Source of the DNA: a candidate division FCPU426 bacterium
Lineage (GTDB): Bacteria; Oederibacteriota; Muellerivitia; Muellerivitales; DAHXKG01
Reading direction: 5' to 3'
Assembly: GCA_027366525.1 (NCBI GenBank)
Contig: DAHXKG010000013.1
Coordinates: forward strand, 294 to 45,666
Length of the DNA stretch: 45,373 nucleotides
Shown here: in pieces, positions 1 through 9,647 of the stretch
Numbering within the stretch: position 1 is the first letter of the stretch
Layout: each line of letters begins with the position of its first letter
Made by a program: the position numbers and the translations under genes
The notes under the pieces: model-generated
Told to the model about the DNA's origin: nothing
Seen by the model: only the letters and a program-made list of their open reading frames with translations
The model's database searches: none

Positions 1-71
1 AAATCAGCAGTCGTAATGGTCATATCCTAGGACTTTTTTTAACCCATCCTGTCGAGCCACATCTAAGTGCT

Positions 72-521
72 TTGGACACTGTTCGAAAAATTCATGAACA
101 AAATGGACTTGCTATTCTGCCGCATCCCTTTCATCTCTATGTTGGACGAACGGCTCCAGAACCTCGAGCGGCCAATCTTTTGCCCAATATCCCCTTTGAT
201 GGTATTGAATCGATCAACCATGGCGATGCTCTTTCTTTTTTAGGAAATCGACCTGTTCAAAAATTACTTCAAAAATTCAAATTAGCAGCCATTGGATCCA
301 GTGATGCGCATGATAGTGCTTTTGTTGGCATGGCTTGCACACTTTTTCATGGTCAAACACCGGATGATTTGAAAAAAGCGATTGGGACCCAGAAAACACA
401 AGCTTGTTATTTTAGATCATGGACATTTAAAGATATTGTTCGACAATTAAAAGGAAGTTCCGAAGTCTTAACTCGTTTTATGCAGTCTGACTCTTTTTTG
501 AAAAGCAAAAACTTTTTTTAA
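72..521 (+). CDS. PHP-domain (polymerase/histidinol-phosphatase-like) phosphoesterase, C-terminal fragment
   Basis: Translation carries C-terminal PHP motifs (LPHPFH, GIESINHGD, GSSDAHD). The ORF starts at TTG, and an in-frame TAA at 15-17 means the N-terminal HxH half of a PHP domain is not present in this frame. It is either a truncated remnant, a frameshifted gene, or a short standalone protein. Confidence 0.45.
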   Translation: MDTVRKIHEQNGLAILPHPFHLYVGRTAPEPRAANLLPNIPFDGIESINHGDALSFLGNRPVQKLLQKFKLAAIGSSDAHDSAFVGMACTLFHGQTPDDLKKAIGTQKTQACYFRSWTFKDIVRQLKGSSEVLTRFMQSDSFLKSKNFF

Positions 522-533
522 ATGGACGCCCGG

Positions 534-552
534 CGGTCTTTGAATTCGACCG
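534..552. terminator. Weak hairpin (CGGTC-N9-GACCG) in GC-rich spacer between convergent genes
   Basis: Inverted repeat cggtc/gaccg with a 9-nt loop sits in the 60-bp spacer between the convergent ORFs 72..521(+) and 582..1472(-). The stem is only 5 bp and there is no clear U-tract, so this is tentative. Confidence 0.2.
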
Positions 553-581
553 TGCCACTAGACCCAAATTTCAAAATCCAT

Positions 582-1472
582 TTAAAAAGCATGTCCTAAA
601 ATCTCCACTCGAGGAGCCGCCTCGACACGTTTTTGAACAAAAGCAAGATCGCGAATAAATAAAGTATTTCCTTGATCCTGACATGGTTTTTCTAATTTCT
701 TCAACCGACGCTGCCAAGGATCATATTCATACGCCTTGAATTGATGTTTTAACATCTGAACTGCAATGGCTTGATTGGTAAACCCATATGTTTGTCCACT
801 ATCATTGGTTTCAATCAAGATCGCTTTCATGGATCTTTTTTCAAGCAGATGATGCGCTCCCTGTAATACTGGAACTTCATAGCCCTCGACATCAATTTTC
901 ATAATACGAGGATTGGATTTTTTTAAAATTCGATCCAAGGTTTCCACACGCACTTGAACAAAATCCTTTGAATGTTTCGTTGCAATAATCCGATTCATAC
1001 AGTCATTACGGCTTGAAAAACGCTGATAGCCTACACGGGATCCCATACCTACATTGAATATTTGTACACGGGTCTCTAAATCATTTAATTGAATATTTTT
1101 GCGTAATCGCTGGAAGGTTTCTGGAATGGGTTCAATTGCATAACCTCGTGCTCCACACACTCCACCACAAAGCAAGGTATAGGATCCCGCATTAGCGCCC
1201 ACATCAACAAACCAATCCTGTTTTCGCGTAAAGTGAAGCACAAAAGCCATATCGGTAAATTCATGAAGCCCTACATAAAGATTTCCAGTCAATCCTGTTT
1301 CGCCTTGCCCAACCAAAAAAGTAATATTTTTGATCCATGTATGCATTACTTTTTCTGAAATTAATCGACTTCCCATTTGCCATCGGATCCAGCGTAAAAG
1401 AGCTCTGAATTTTTGATCTCGTGTCAAAGGATGCTGATTAATCAATTTCAAGATTTGGATTAATTGTTTCAT
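582..1472 (-). CDS. FkbM-family SAM-dependent methyltransferase
   Basis: 296 aa with the motif VDVGANAGSYTLL (SAM-binding glycine-rich loop) and overall FkbM-like organisation. ATG start at 1472 and TAA stop. Confidence 0.65.
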   Translation of the reverse strand: MKQLIQILKLINQHPLTRDQKFRALLRWIRWQMGSRLISEKVMHTWIKNITFLVGQGETGLTGNLYVGLHEFTDMAFVLHFTRKQDWFVDVGANAGSYTLLCGGVCGARGYAIEPIPETFQRLRKNIQLNDLETRVQIFNVGMGSRVGYQRFSSRNDCMNRIIATKHSKDFVQVRVETLDRILKKSNPRIMKIDVEGYEVPVLQGAHHLLEKRSMKAILIETNDSGQTYGFTNQAIAVQMLKHQFKAYEYDPWQRRLKKLEKPCQDQGNTLFIRDLAFVQKRVEAAPRVEILGHAF

Positions 1473-2216
1473 ATTTTCAAAAAATATCCTTTTCGACGGC
1501 TTAATGTTTTAGATTCATTAACTGCGTTGGTTGGAGTTATAAAACATTGCCGTAGTATAAACTCCCGATCATCAATTTTTAATTTGCGGATCGATGTGAG
1601 AAATCTCAACCATCCATTTCTATATTTGCACATGCTTAAACGAGAGTCCATTTAAAATTGAATCCACTTTTGCGACCACTAAAAGGCTGCTTCACGCGGT
1701 TAACTCGAATCGTTCCAATAAAAGCTTCCATGACAAAAAGGAATCCTAACTAAAATGGAAATCCAAGTCGAATTTCTAAATCCTAGTTTATGTCACACTC
1801 CATGATGTTCAAGGCTTAAAAAAATTTCATTCGCGGGAGAAACCACTACTCCTCTTGGAATATTAATGAGCTCACTTCATCGTTTCAATGGTTATGCCTT
1901 GTATGACAGCGCTACTATTTATTATTTTTAAATCCTAATTTTGATCATCTTTTCCTAATTTTAAAAATTTTATAATTTTACCATTGATTTTTTTTGACTA
2001 AATCTAGTACTTTGGTGCAGCCTCATTTTAAAATCGCACTTATGCCTCATCTAGAAAAGAACACCTTAAAGCTTGTTCTGTTCCAAGAACAATGGATGGA
2101 TGTGTTGTCGAAAAAAATTGCATCGTGACATTTTAAAACAAATGCGGAATTTATTAGGATTTTATTTTATAATTAATGTTTATTTATTATTTTTATAGAA
2201 GGAGATCAATTTACTC

Positions 2217-4673
2217 GTGACTACTCAAACTCAACCGGCAGAATCGTTAGCGGCTTCTCCAGATTTTCAAAAACTATCCAACGAAGAATGCTTGGCGATT
2301 CTAAAAGCGGATGCAACGCAAGGATTAACTTCCCAAGAAGTCAAACAACGCATCACCCAATATGGACCCAATCAAACTCCAGAAGAAAAAAGAAATCCCT
2401 TTTTTTTATTCTTCAATAAATTCTGGGGCGTAACGGCGTGGATGCTTGAAATCACTATCCTGCTCGCATTAATCCAAGACCGAAAATTAGATGCCGGCAT
2501 TATTGCGGCCTTATTATTTTTGAATGCTATTTTGGGTTCCTTTCAAGAATTCAAGGCTTCCCAAGCGGTTGAAGCTCTCAAAAAAAAATTGCAAGTTTGG
2601 GTACGTACTCTTCGCGATGGTCAATGGGCCTTACTGGGCGCTGCTGATCTAGTTCCTGGCGACATTATCCGATTAAGATCCGGTGATTTTGTTCCGGCCG
2701 ATCTTAAAATTTTAACTGGAAATTTAGAAGTAGATTTATCAGCACTCACAGGAGAATCGGAACCAAAATCATTTGAACCGGGAACACAATTATGGTCGGG
2801 AGCCATTGTCCGTCGAGGCGAAGCCGTGGCATTAGTTTTGTTGACCGGAACCAAGACGTTTTTTGGAAAAACCACGCAATTAGTTCAATTGGCCCGTCCT
2901 AAACTTCATTTTGAAACTGTGATTGCACGCGTCACGCGATGGTTACTACTCATGGTAGGCGTTTTACTCGCAATTTCGATTATCTTATGGACCATGAAAG
3001 GGGGAGATCTTTTAGACATTCTACCACTAACCATGATTTTGCTCGTTTCAGCGATTCCCGTTGCACTCCCCGCCATGTTTACGATTACCCTTGCTTTGGG
3101 CTCTGTGGAGCTAGTTAAATGCGGCATTTTAATCACCCGCCTCAATGCCTCTGAAGATGCCGCCCGCATGGACATTTTATGTTCGGATAAAACAGGTACG
3201 CTTACTGCCAATCAGTTATCACTTGCTAGCTTAACTGCTGCTCCAGGATTTACTGAAAATGATATTTTACTCCAAGCGATGTTTTGTAGCCAAGAAGCCA
3301 ATTATGACCCGATTGACAGTGTTTTTTTTCGCGAAGTCAAAAACCGCAAACTTGCTCCACCTTCTTGGACTCAAAAATCATTTACGCCATTTGATGCCAA
3401 AACCAGAAAAACTGAAGCAGTCATTCAGCAGGGTGATCAGGAATTCAAGGTCGTCAAAGGAGCGGTTGATACTGTCCTGGGTTTATGTGTCACCTGTTCT
3501 TTGGATGAAAAAAAACAATTTCAAACCTGGGTTGAAGCAGGAGCTAAAAAAGGCTACCGCTCGCTCGCGGTTGCTCGAGAAGATACTCTTCATCAACTCA
3601 AATTGGTCGGAATTGCTTCCTTATATGATGCCCCTCGAGCCGACTCCAAATCAGTGATTTCCGAATTAAACTCCATGGGCGTTCAAGTTAAAATGCTTAC
3701 TGGCGATGCACTTCCGATTGCTCAACAAGTTGCTCAAGAACTTGGGTTAACCAAAAAAATACTTGGATTTCATCAACCAACCGATGCTGCCTCAACCGAA
3801 AAAACTCCTTCAGCCGATGAAATGGTGGAAGCGGATGGATTTGCGGGCATCTATCCCGAAGATAAATATCGCATTGTCCAAGGATTACAAGAAAAGGGCC
3901 ATATTATTGGAATGACTGGTGATGGCGTTAATGATGCACCTGCTCTCAAACAAGCAGAAGTCGGCGTTGCGGTTGAAAATGCTACGGATGTGGCCAAAGG
4001 AGCGGCTAGTGTCGTCCTAACAAATGAAGGACTTTCTCCACTCCCCAAGCTCATTCAAGTAGGCCGCTCACTTCACCAGCGCATTGAAATTTGGATCCTC
4101 AACAAGATTATTAAAACCTTTGAAACCGTAGTCTTTGTAGTCATTGCCTTTATTATCCTTGGACAATTCATCGTCAACACCTTTGGGATGGTTTTACTAC
4201 TTTTCTTGATTGATTTTGTAACCATTGCCATTGCAACCGATCGCGTGAAAGGTTCCATGAAACCTTCTACCTGGGATATAACTCATCTTGTCAAGGTTTC
4301 AGTCCAACTAGGTCTTTGTGTTATTTTGGAATCCTTTGGGGTTTTATGGTTAGGCTGGCATGATTTTCATCTCGCTTTCCATCTCAATCGCCTTCACACC
4401 TTTGGATTTGAAATCCTGTTCTATTTTGGATTATTTACAGTCTTAGTGGTCCGTGAAAAAAATTTTTTCTGGACTTCACGACCGAGTTGGCCATTACTCA
4501 CCGCACTCATCGGGGATATGCTATTGGGTGGACTTTTTGCAACCATTGGTATTCCGGGACTAACCAAGATTCCTATTCAAGCAACATTGCTTGTTTTTAC
4601 CTATGCCCTGCTCTTTGGATTGGTCATTAATGATCTTCTTAAACGGTTTTTGTTCCGAGCAACTTTAACATAA
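2217..4673 (+). CDS. P-type ATPase, type IIIA (plasma-membrane H+-ATPase-like) cation pump
   Basis: 818 aa. Phosphorylation motif CSDKTGTLTANQLSL (closer to the PMA1-type ...TKNKLSL than to the MgtA-type). TGES-like actuator region, MLTGD motif, and hinge GDGVNDAPALKQAEVGVAV. Multiple transmembrane hydrophobic segments at both ends. GTG start with an AGGAG RBS ~8 nt upstream. Confidence 0.85.
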   Translation: MTTQTQPAESLAASPDFQKLSNEECLAILKADATQGLTSQEVKQRITQYGPNQTPEEKRNPFFLFFNKFWGVTAWMLEITILLALIQDRKLDAGIIAALLFLNAILGSFQEFKASQAVEALKKKLQVWVRTLRDGQWALLGAADLVPGDIIRLRSGDFVPADLKILTGNLEVDLSALTGESEPKSFEPGTQLWSGAIVRRGEAVALVLLTGTKTFFGKTTQLVQLARPKLHFETVIARVTRWLLLMVGVLLAISIILWTMKGGDLLDILPLTMILLVSAIPVALPAMFTITLALGSVELVKCGILITRLNASEDAARMDILCSDKTGTLTANQLSLASLTAAPGFTENDILLQAMFCSQEANYDPIDSVFFREVKNRKLAPPSWTQKSFTPFDAKTRKTEAVIQQGDQEFKVVKGAVDTVLGLCVTCSLDEKKQFQTWVEAGAKKGYRSLAVAREDTLHQLKLVGIASLYDAPRADSKSVISELNSMGVQVKMLTGDALPIAQQVAQELGLTKKILGFHQPTDAASTEKTPSADEMVEADGFAGIYPEDKYRIVQGLQEKGHIIGMTGDGVNDAPALKQAEVGVAVENATDVAKGAASVVLTNEGLSPLPKLIQVGRSLHQRIEIWILNKIIKTFETVVFVVIAFIILGQFIVNTFGMVLLLFLIDFVTIAIATDRVKGSMKPSTWDITHLVKVSVQLGLCVILESFGVLWLGWHDFHLAFHLNRLHTFGFEILFYFGLFTVLVVREKNFFWTSRPSWPLLTALIGDMLLGGLFATIGIPGLTKIPIQATLLVFTYALLFGLVINDLLKRFLFRATLT

Positions 4674-5474
4674 TTTTAAAAATCTTTGGACATTCAGGGT
4701 AAAAAACTTTATGACTGATTCAGAGCCCTAGGTTAAGAATATCTATACGAATCTTTATCCTGCACCGCTTCAGTCACCCTTTTTTGAGTTGATTCATTTG
4801 CCTGAAATGAAACCCGATATTGTCTTGATAATATCAGATTTCATTTGATCAAGCATACTGATTGGAATTATTAAACCTATATTAGGTCGACTGGGTTAGT
4901 TTTAAAAAGACAACCGTTGAAACTGTTTTCCTTCTATAGTCCATTGAACTCCACCCCCAAAACGTCCAATCATGGTTGAAAATTATTGCTCACGGAGCTA
5001 TTCCAATGAATGAAAAAGAACGTTACATGTTCATCTAAAAAATGAATCACTCAGGACATTGAACTTGATCTAAGGTTATCCGAAGTTATTCGTCTCTACA
5101 AGATCGATCATTTTAGGATATTTAATAAGAACAACCCATTCGAATACACGGATTTTATCTTTTCATTACTAGCTATAATGCCTATACCTGTGCCCACGTC
5201 GACTCTCTGTTCAAATCATTAAAGGGCAAAGAAATAGCTTTGTTTTTTACCATTTAAAGAAGTTCTTCAAAGATTTTCATGTTTATCGAAGAGATGGATA
5301 ACCCAAAATAACTTGGCCCTTCTCTCAATGACTTCTATCGAAAGTATTTAAAAACAAAATGCCGCATCTCATAGCCGGAAATTTGGGTCTTCCATAAGAT
5401 TTTCCCCTAGCCGACTACAGGCATCATCCAGTTTATCCCATCCATTTTTCAAGTTTAACTTGAGCTCTTATTTC

Positions 5475-6464
5475 TTACTTTTGAGATGTAGCATTAAATA
5501 AATTTTTCAGACTTCCTAAAGAACTCAATAGCGCCGACGCTTCATAGGGAATGTAAATGACTTTATTATCCTTACCTGTGGTCATTTCTCTGAGCGCATC
5601 AATATACTTAAGCGCAATGAGATATGCGGTTGGATTGCCTCCAGCATTTTGGATCGCTTTGGTCACCTTTAACACGGCTTCTGACTCAGCTTGAGCGACT
5701 GTAATTCGAGCCTCGGCCTCTCCTGAGGCCTGAAGAACTAATGACTGTTTGATCCCTTCCGCCTTGTTGATTTCAGATTGTCGCATACCTTCAGCCTCAA
5801 GAATTTTGGCTTGTTTATTTCCTTCCGCCTCCAAAATTTGTGCTCTTCGATTGCGTTCGGCTCGCATTTGTTTTTCCATCGCCTCTTTCACATCTGCAGG
5901 AGGAATAATGTCTTGAAGTTCTACACGATTCACCTTAATCCCCCACTTTTCTGTCGCCTCGTCTAATGTCGCTCCTAATTTCTGATTAATCGTATCCCGA
6001 GAAGTCAATGTGTGATCCAAATCCAAATCGCCAATCACATTACGCAAGGTCGTCTGAGTTAATTTCTCAATAGCATCTGGTAAATTCTGAATTTCATAAA
6101 TAGCTCGTTTGGGATCTACAATCTGAAAATACAGTAAAGCATTGATCTGAATCGTTACATTATCACGCGTAATGACATTTTGCTTTGGAAAATCATAGAC
6201 CGTCTCTCGAAGATCAATGCGCGATTTGATCACACGGCGAATTGTCAGTTCCCCATTTACACCTGTTTTGATATATTTCCATTCAATATCCCGTGCGTGT
6301 TCAAGAAACGGCCAGATAATATTTATACCTGATGGAAGAATTCTTGAAAATCTTCCCAACCGTTCAATAACCATCGTTTCTGCTTGTTTTACAATGACTA
6401 ACCCCATTATTGTTAAGCTTATGATACCTAGAACTATCACCCCAATGATAATACCCATGATCAT
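5475..6464 (-). CDS. SPFH / band-7 (stomatin/prohibitin/HflKC-like) membrane protein
   Basis: N-terminal TM helix followed by an SPFH core (…RIDLRETVYDFPKQNVITRDNVTIQINALLYFQIVDP…). C-terminal coiled-coil with repeated EAEGNKQAKILEAEGMRQSEINKAEG motifs typical of the family. Confidence 0.8.
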   Translation of the reverse strand: MIMGIIIGVIVLGIISLTIMGLVIVKQAETMVIERLGRFSRILPSGINIIWPFLEHARDIEWKYIKTGVNGELTIRRVIKSRIDLRETVYDFPKQNVITRDNVTIQINALLYFQIVDPKRAIYEIQNLPDAIEKLTQTTLRNVIGDLDLDHTLTSRDTINQKLGATLDEATEKWGIKVNRVELQDIIPPADVKEAMEKQMRAERNRRAQILEAEGNKQAKILEAEGMRQSEINKAEGIKQSLVLQASGEAEARITVAQAESEAVLKVTKAIQNAGGNPTAYLIALKYIDALREMTTGKDNKVIYIPYEASALLSSLGSLKNLFNATSQK

Positions 6465-7320
6465 CGCATCATCCTTTCCTGGATCCCACTCCTGAAATTA
6501 TAGTCCACGACGCTTCGCATTGGACATTCCTTGTAAATAGATATGCAATACACTTTCAATTTTAAAAATTTCCCAGCACTCGAATACGTTCAGTAAACAC
6601 CATATTTGCCTAGCAAAACTTTTTATGAAAATATTCGGATTTCATGTATTTTACTCTTTTAGACTTGGAGTTTAAACTGAAACTTATTTTAAGTTCTCAT
6701 TCTGTTTAAGTAACCATGGCATTATTCGATTCACCTTCAAATGTCATTTTTACTTTCTTTTTTCAATCAATTGATAGCAAAAAAAATAATTGGACGCCCG
6801 CCTTCAGCGAAGAAAACCTAAGACTGCAGCTAACGCCGTTCTCCTCCAGAAAAGCCTTATTCGATATCTGCTGTTGAAAAAAATGGGGCCAACTTGGTTC
6901 ACAGTTAAAACAACTTTATTATTGACAATGATGTCCCTTTGGCACAACCATCGTATGAGGTGCTTGTAAACGTTTTTTAGAACTGGGTTTCCACATTTGA
7001 CACAGACGGTAACCAGATCGAAATCCGTGAAATCCGCCTTTACATTTTTTGAACCACAATGACTGTATTTAAACTTTTGGGGCCATAGGCAGTACTGTAA
7101 TCTCTAACTTTTTTAGGTATACTTAATTCTTGTCAAGGAGATTTTGGTATTACTTCTTCAACCAAACCTATTTTTTGATGGTTACAGTTCACACAGGTGA
7201 TAAAAAGTGTGATTTGAGATCTCATTATTAGATTCCACACCTATTTTCACAAAGACAGCCACGGTATCGGAATCCCCCCTAGGCAATGACGTAATTGTAT
7301 CCATCGACTAGTTTTTTCGT

Positions 7321-8463
7321 CTAAAATTTCTTTGCAGATTTATGCTCCTTTTTCAAAATGGATTGAACCACTTTTTCAACCGCTTGATGATCTTTCATCG
7401 CTTGAACAATCCATTGCCCAAGCGCTGTGGGCAGTACAAATCGCAGTTGGCCTTGTTTAGCTTTTTTATCGTGCGCCATGATTTTCATAATCATAGATAC
7501 TTTCAATCCTAAAGATTCCGCCGTTATTGGAAGGCCTGATTGGTTGAGTACCTTTATCAATCGAGATAAAAGAGAGGGTGAGCAGTACTTCAAGTTAACA
7601 GCCAATCGAGTTGCTGCAACCATTCCAATGGAAACGGCTTCGCCATGCGTCAGTTTGTATTGAGAGGCTATCTCCAGTGCATGACCAATGGTATGTCCAA
7701 AATTTAAAACAATGCGCTGATCTTGGGTATCACGTTCATCTAGCTCGACGACCCTGACTTTAATTCGATATGATTTTTCAATTATAGGTAGAATAATTTG
7801 GGGATCTAATTGAAATAATCTTGTTATATGATCGGGATTTTCCAAAAATTCAAAAAGAGAGCGGTCACAAACCACTCCATATTTGATCACTTCTGCCAAT
7901 CCTGATCGAAACTCTCGAATGGGTAGAGTTTTTAAAACACTCCAGTCAGCTAAAACCAATCGAGGCTGATAAAAAGCACCGACCAAGTTTTTAACTTGTT
8001 CAAAATTAACACCGACTTTTCCACCCACACCACAATCCACAAATCCCAAAAGCGTTGTCGGAATTTGGACATAGTCAATTCCGCGACGATACGCCGATGC
8101 CACAAACCCACCTAAATCTCCAACTACACCTCCCCCTAAATTGATAATTAAAGGAACCGATTCATCGGAAAAATGATGCGTTAAAGCACGCAAACATCTC
8201 TCAAATTCCGTAAAATTTTTGTGCTGTTCTCCATCCGGAATATTTTGACGAACCACGTGTTGAAATCCCGCCTCTTGAAGCGAACGTGCAACGGTAGCAT
8301 AATAGAAATGTCCAATATGCGGACTCGTAATCACCATCACATCCTGGTCCCCAATCCCCTTATTGCGAAGGAATGCCCCAAGACGGTTTAAACTATGTTG
8401 TGCGACAATAATTTCATAAGAAAGCTTCCCCAGGTGAACTGGAATGACTATATTTTTTTTCAT
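7321..8463 (-). CDS. 3-dehydroquinate synthase family sugar-phosphate cyclase (AroB / EEVS / DOIS superfamily)
   Basis: Motifs GGGVVGDLGGFVASAYRRGIDYVQIPTTLLGFVDCGVGGKVGVNF and HGEAVSIGM match DHQS-like NAD/metal-binding cyclases. The likely true start is the internal ATG (MKKNIVIPV) at 8463, preceded by an AAGGAAG RBS. The ORF track extends the N-terminus to 8511. The protein has a Lys-rich C-terminal tail. Confidence 0.8.
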   Translation of the reverse strand: MKKNIVIPVHLGKLSYEIIVAQHSLNRLGAFLRNKGIGDQDVMVITSPHIGHFYYATVARSLQEAGFQHVVRQNIPDGEQHKNFTEFERCLRALTHHFSDESVPLIINLGGGVVGDLGGFVASAYRRGIDYVQIPTTLLGFVDCGVGGKVGVNFEQVKNLVGAFYQPRLVLADWSVLKTLPIREFRSGLAEVIKYGVVCDRSLFEFLENPDHITRLFQLDPQIILPIIEKSYRIKVRVVELDERDTQDQRIVLNFGHTIGHALEIASQYKLTHGEAVSIGMVAATRLAVNLKYCSPSLLSRLIKVLNQSGLPITAESLGLKVSMIMKIMAHDKKAKQGQLRFVLPTALGQWIVQAMKDHQAVEKVVQSILKKEHKSAKKF

Positions 8464-8637
8464 TGACACTTCCTTGGTTCGATTGTTTATGAATGTCTGG
8501 GTGCCGCTCAACTTAACTTTCTAGAAGTATAACTGTTTTTTTATTTTTTAAAAGTTCCAACTTATTCCAAATATCTTGATTCTTGTTATAACTTCAAGCA
8601 TACTACCTTCATTGACATTTCAAATAAGGCCATTTCT

Positions 8638-9402
8638 TTGAATTCATCTGTTCCACATCGTTCACATCCCTCACAACTCATTTTCTTACTGGACTATGAT
8701 GGGACGCTCACGGATTTCACCCAAAATCCTCAGCAAGCCCACTTATCTCTCTCAGTCAAACAACTGCTGTATTCACTTCAAATCTATTATCCGATCATTC
8801 TCGTCACTGGACGTCATGTTCAAGGACTTTTACAAGCTTCCCGTCTCGTCGGATTCCCAATTATCGGAACCCATGGCTTTGAAGCGTATCATCTTCCAAA
8901 TCAACTTAAATTTGTATCCCAAAAACTTCAAATTTTTTATGCCCATGAAACGCAGCGACTCCGAAAAAATCTATCTTTCCTTTGTCAAAAATATCCAAAC
9001 CTTCACTTAGAATCCAAGCCTTATTCGTGTACCCTTCATTATCGAACCTTACCTTGGACACGCTCTCAGATTCAAAAACTACATCGACAATTCGTCTCCA
9101 TCTTTAACCAATCCGTTTCTCGTCAATACTGGAAAATTCAAATTGGGAAAAAAATGATTGAAGCACTGCCTCGTGGTTTTTCTAAAGGCCAATCTGTCAT
9201 TCGACTCTTACAAGCCTTCCCCAACCATTATCCCATTTATGCCGGTGATGATTTAACGGATATTTCTGTTTTTAAACAACTTCGAGGGCGTGGTCTTCGG
9301 ATTGCCGTCGGATCCAGGATTCCTGACACCCTGTATGACCTTCAGTTCCCCGCACCCCACAATTTTGTATCGTGGCTGCGAGGGTTTCTTCCTCAGGATT
9401 GA
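8638..9402 (+). CDS. HAD-IIB family phosphatase, trehalose-6-phosphate phosphatase (OtsB)-like
   Basis: HAD motif I LLDYDGTLTDF near the N-terminus, motif II LVTGR, motif IV AGDDLTDISVF. TTG start. Divergently transcribed from the DHQS-like gene across a 126-bp spacer. Confidence 0.7.
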   Translation: MNSSVPHRSHPSQLIFLLDYDGTLTDFTQNPQQAHLSLSVKQLLYSLQIYYPIILVTGRHVQGLLQASRLVGFPIIGTHGFEAYHLPNQLKFVSQKLQIFYAHETQRLRKNLSFLCQKYPNLHLESKPYSCTLHYRTLPWTRSQIQKLHRQFVSIFNQSVSRQYWKIQIGKKMIEALPRGFSKGQSVIRLLQAFPNHYPIYAGDDLTDISVFKQLRGRGLRIAVGSRIPDTLYDLQFPAPHNFVSWLRGFLPQD

Positions 9403-9647
9403 CCTTCGTCGGCTTTCTAACCTTCTTCTTGCTAATGTCAAAATAATTTTAAATAACCTTCAAAAATTAAACTTGCGTTATCTGGATATGCTTGATCACA
9501 CTACCTCTTCATGAATCCCAAAAACCAAAAAGGAAAACGGAAAACAATCATTGCACTCGATCCGTCGAGAAAAACCGTGATCTCTAATTTTAAAAAACAA
9601 ATGAGTGCTGCATTATCGAATTTCTTGATTGAATCCGTTTTTGATGA

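Noticed and set aside
1464-1655. Mutually overlapping small ORFs 1464..1655(+) and 1469..1651(-)
   Set aside because: A pair of antisense ORFs in AT-rich intergenic DNA immediately upstream of the FkbM gene. No recognisable motifs. Most likely non-coding promoter region.
2621-4258. Antisense ORFs inside the P-type ATPase gene (2621..2875, 2906..3211, 3851..4054, 4073..4258) and the +2-frame ORF 3259..3657
   Set aside because: Embedded within a strongly supported 818-aa gene. Low-complexity, Ser/Ala/Arg-rich translations typical of antisense frames.
523-6802. Shared 10-mer tggacgcccg in two intergenic GC-rich islands (~528 and ~6793)
   Set aside because: Only two copies and short. It could be chance or part of terminator-like structures. 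There is not enough evidence for a repeat family.
8696-9514. ORFs 8696..9010(+), 9253..9441(-), 9290..9514(+) within/after the HAD phosphatase gene
   Set aside because: Alternate-frame or antisense to a gene with clear HAD motifs. The TGA stop of the HAD gene at 9400-9402 is followed by only 6 more sense codons before TAA, so readthrough would not add a domain.
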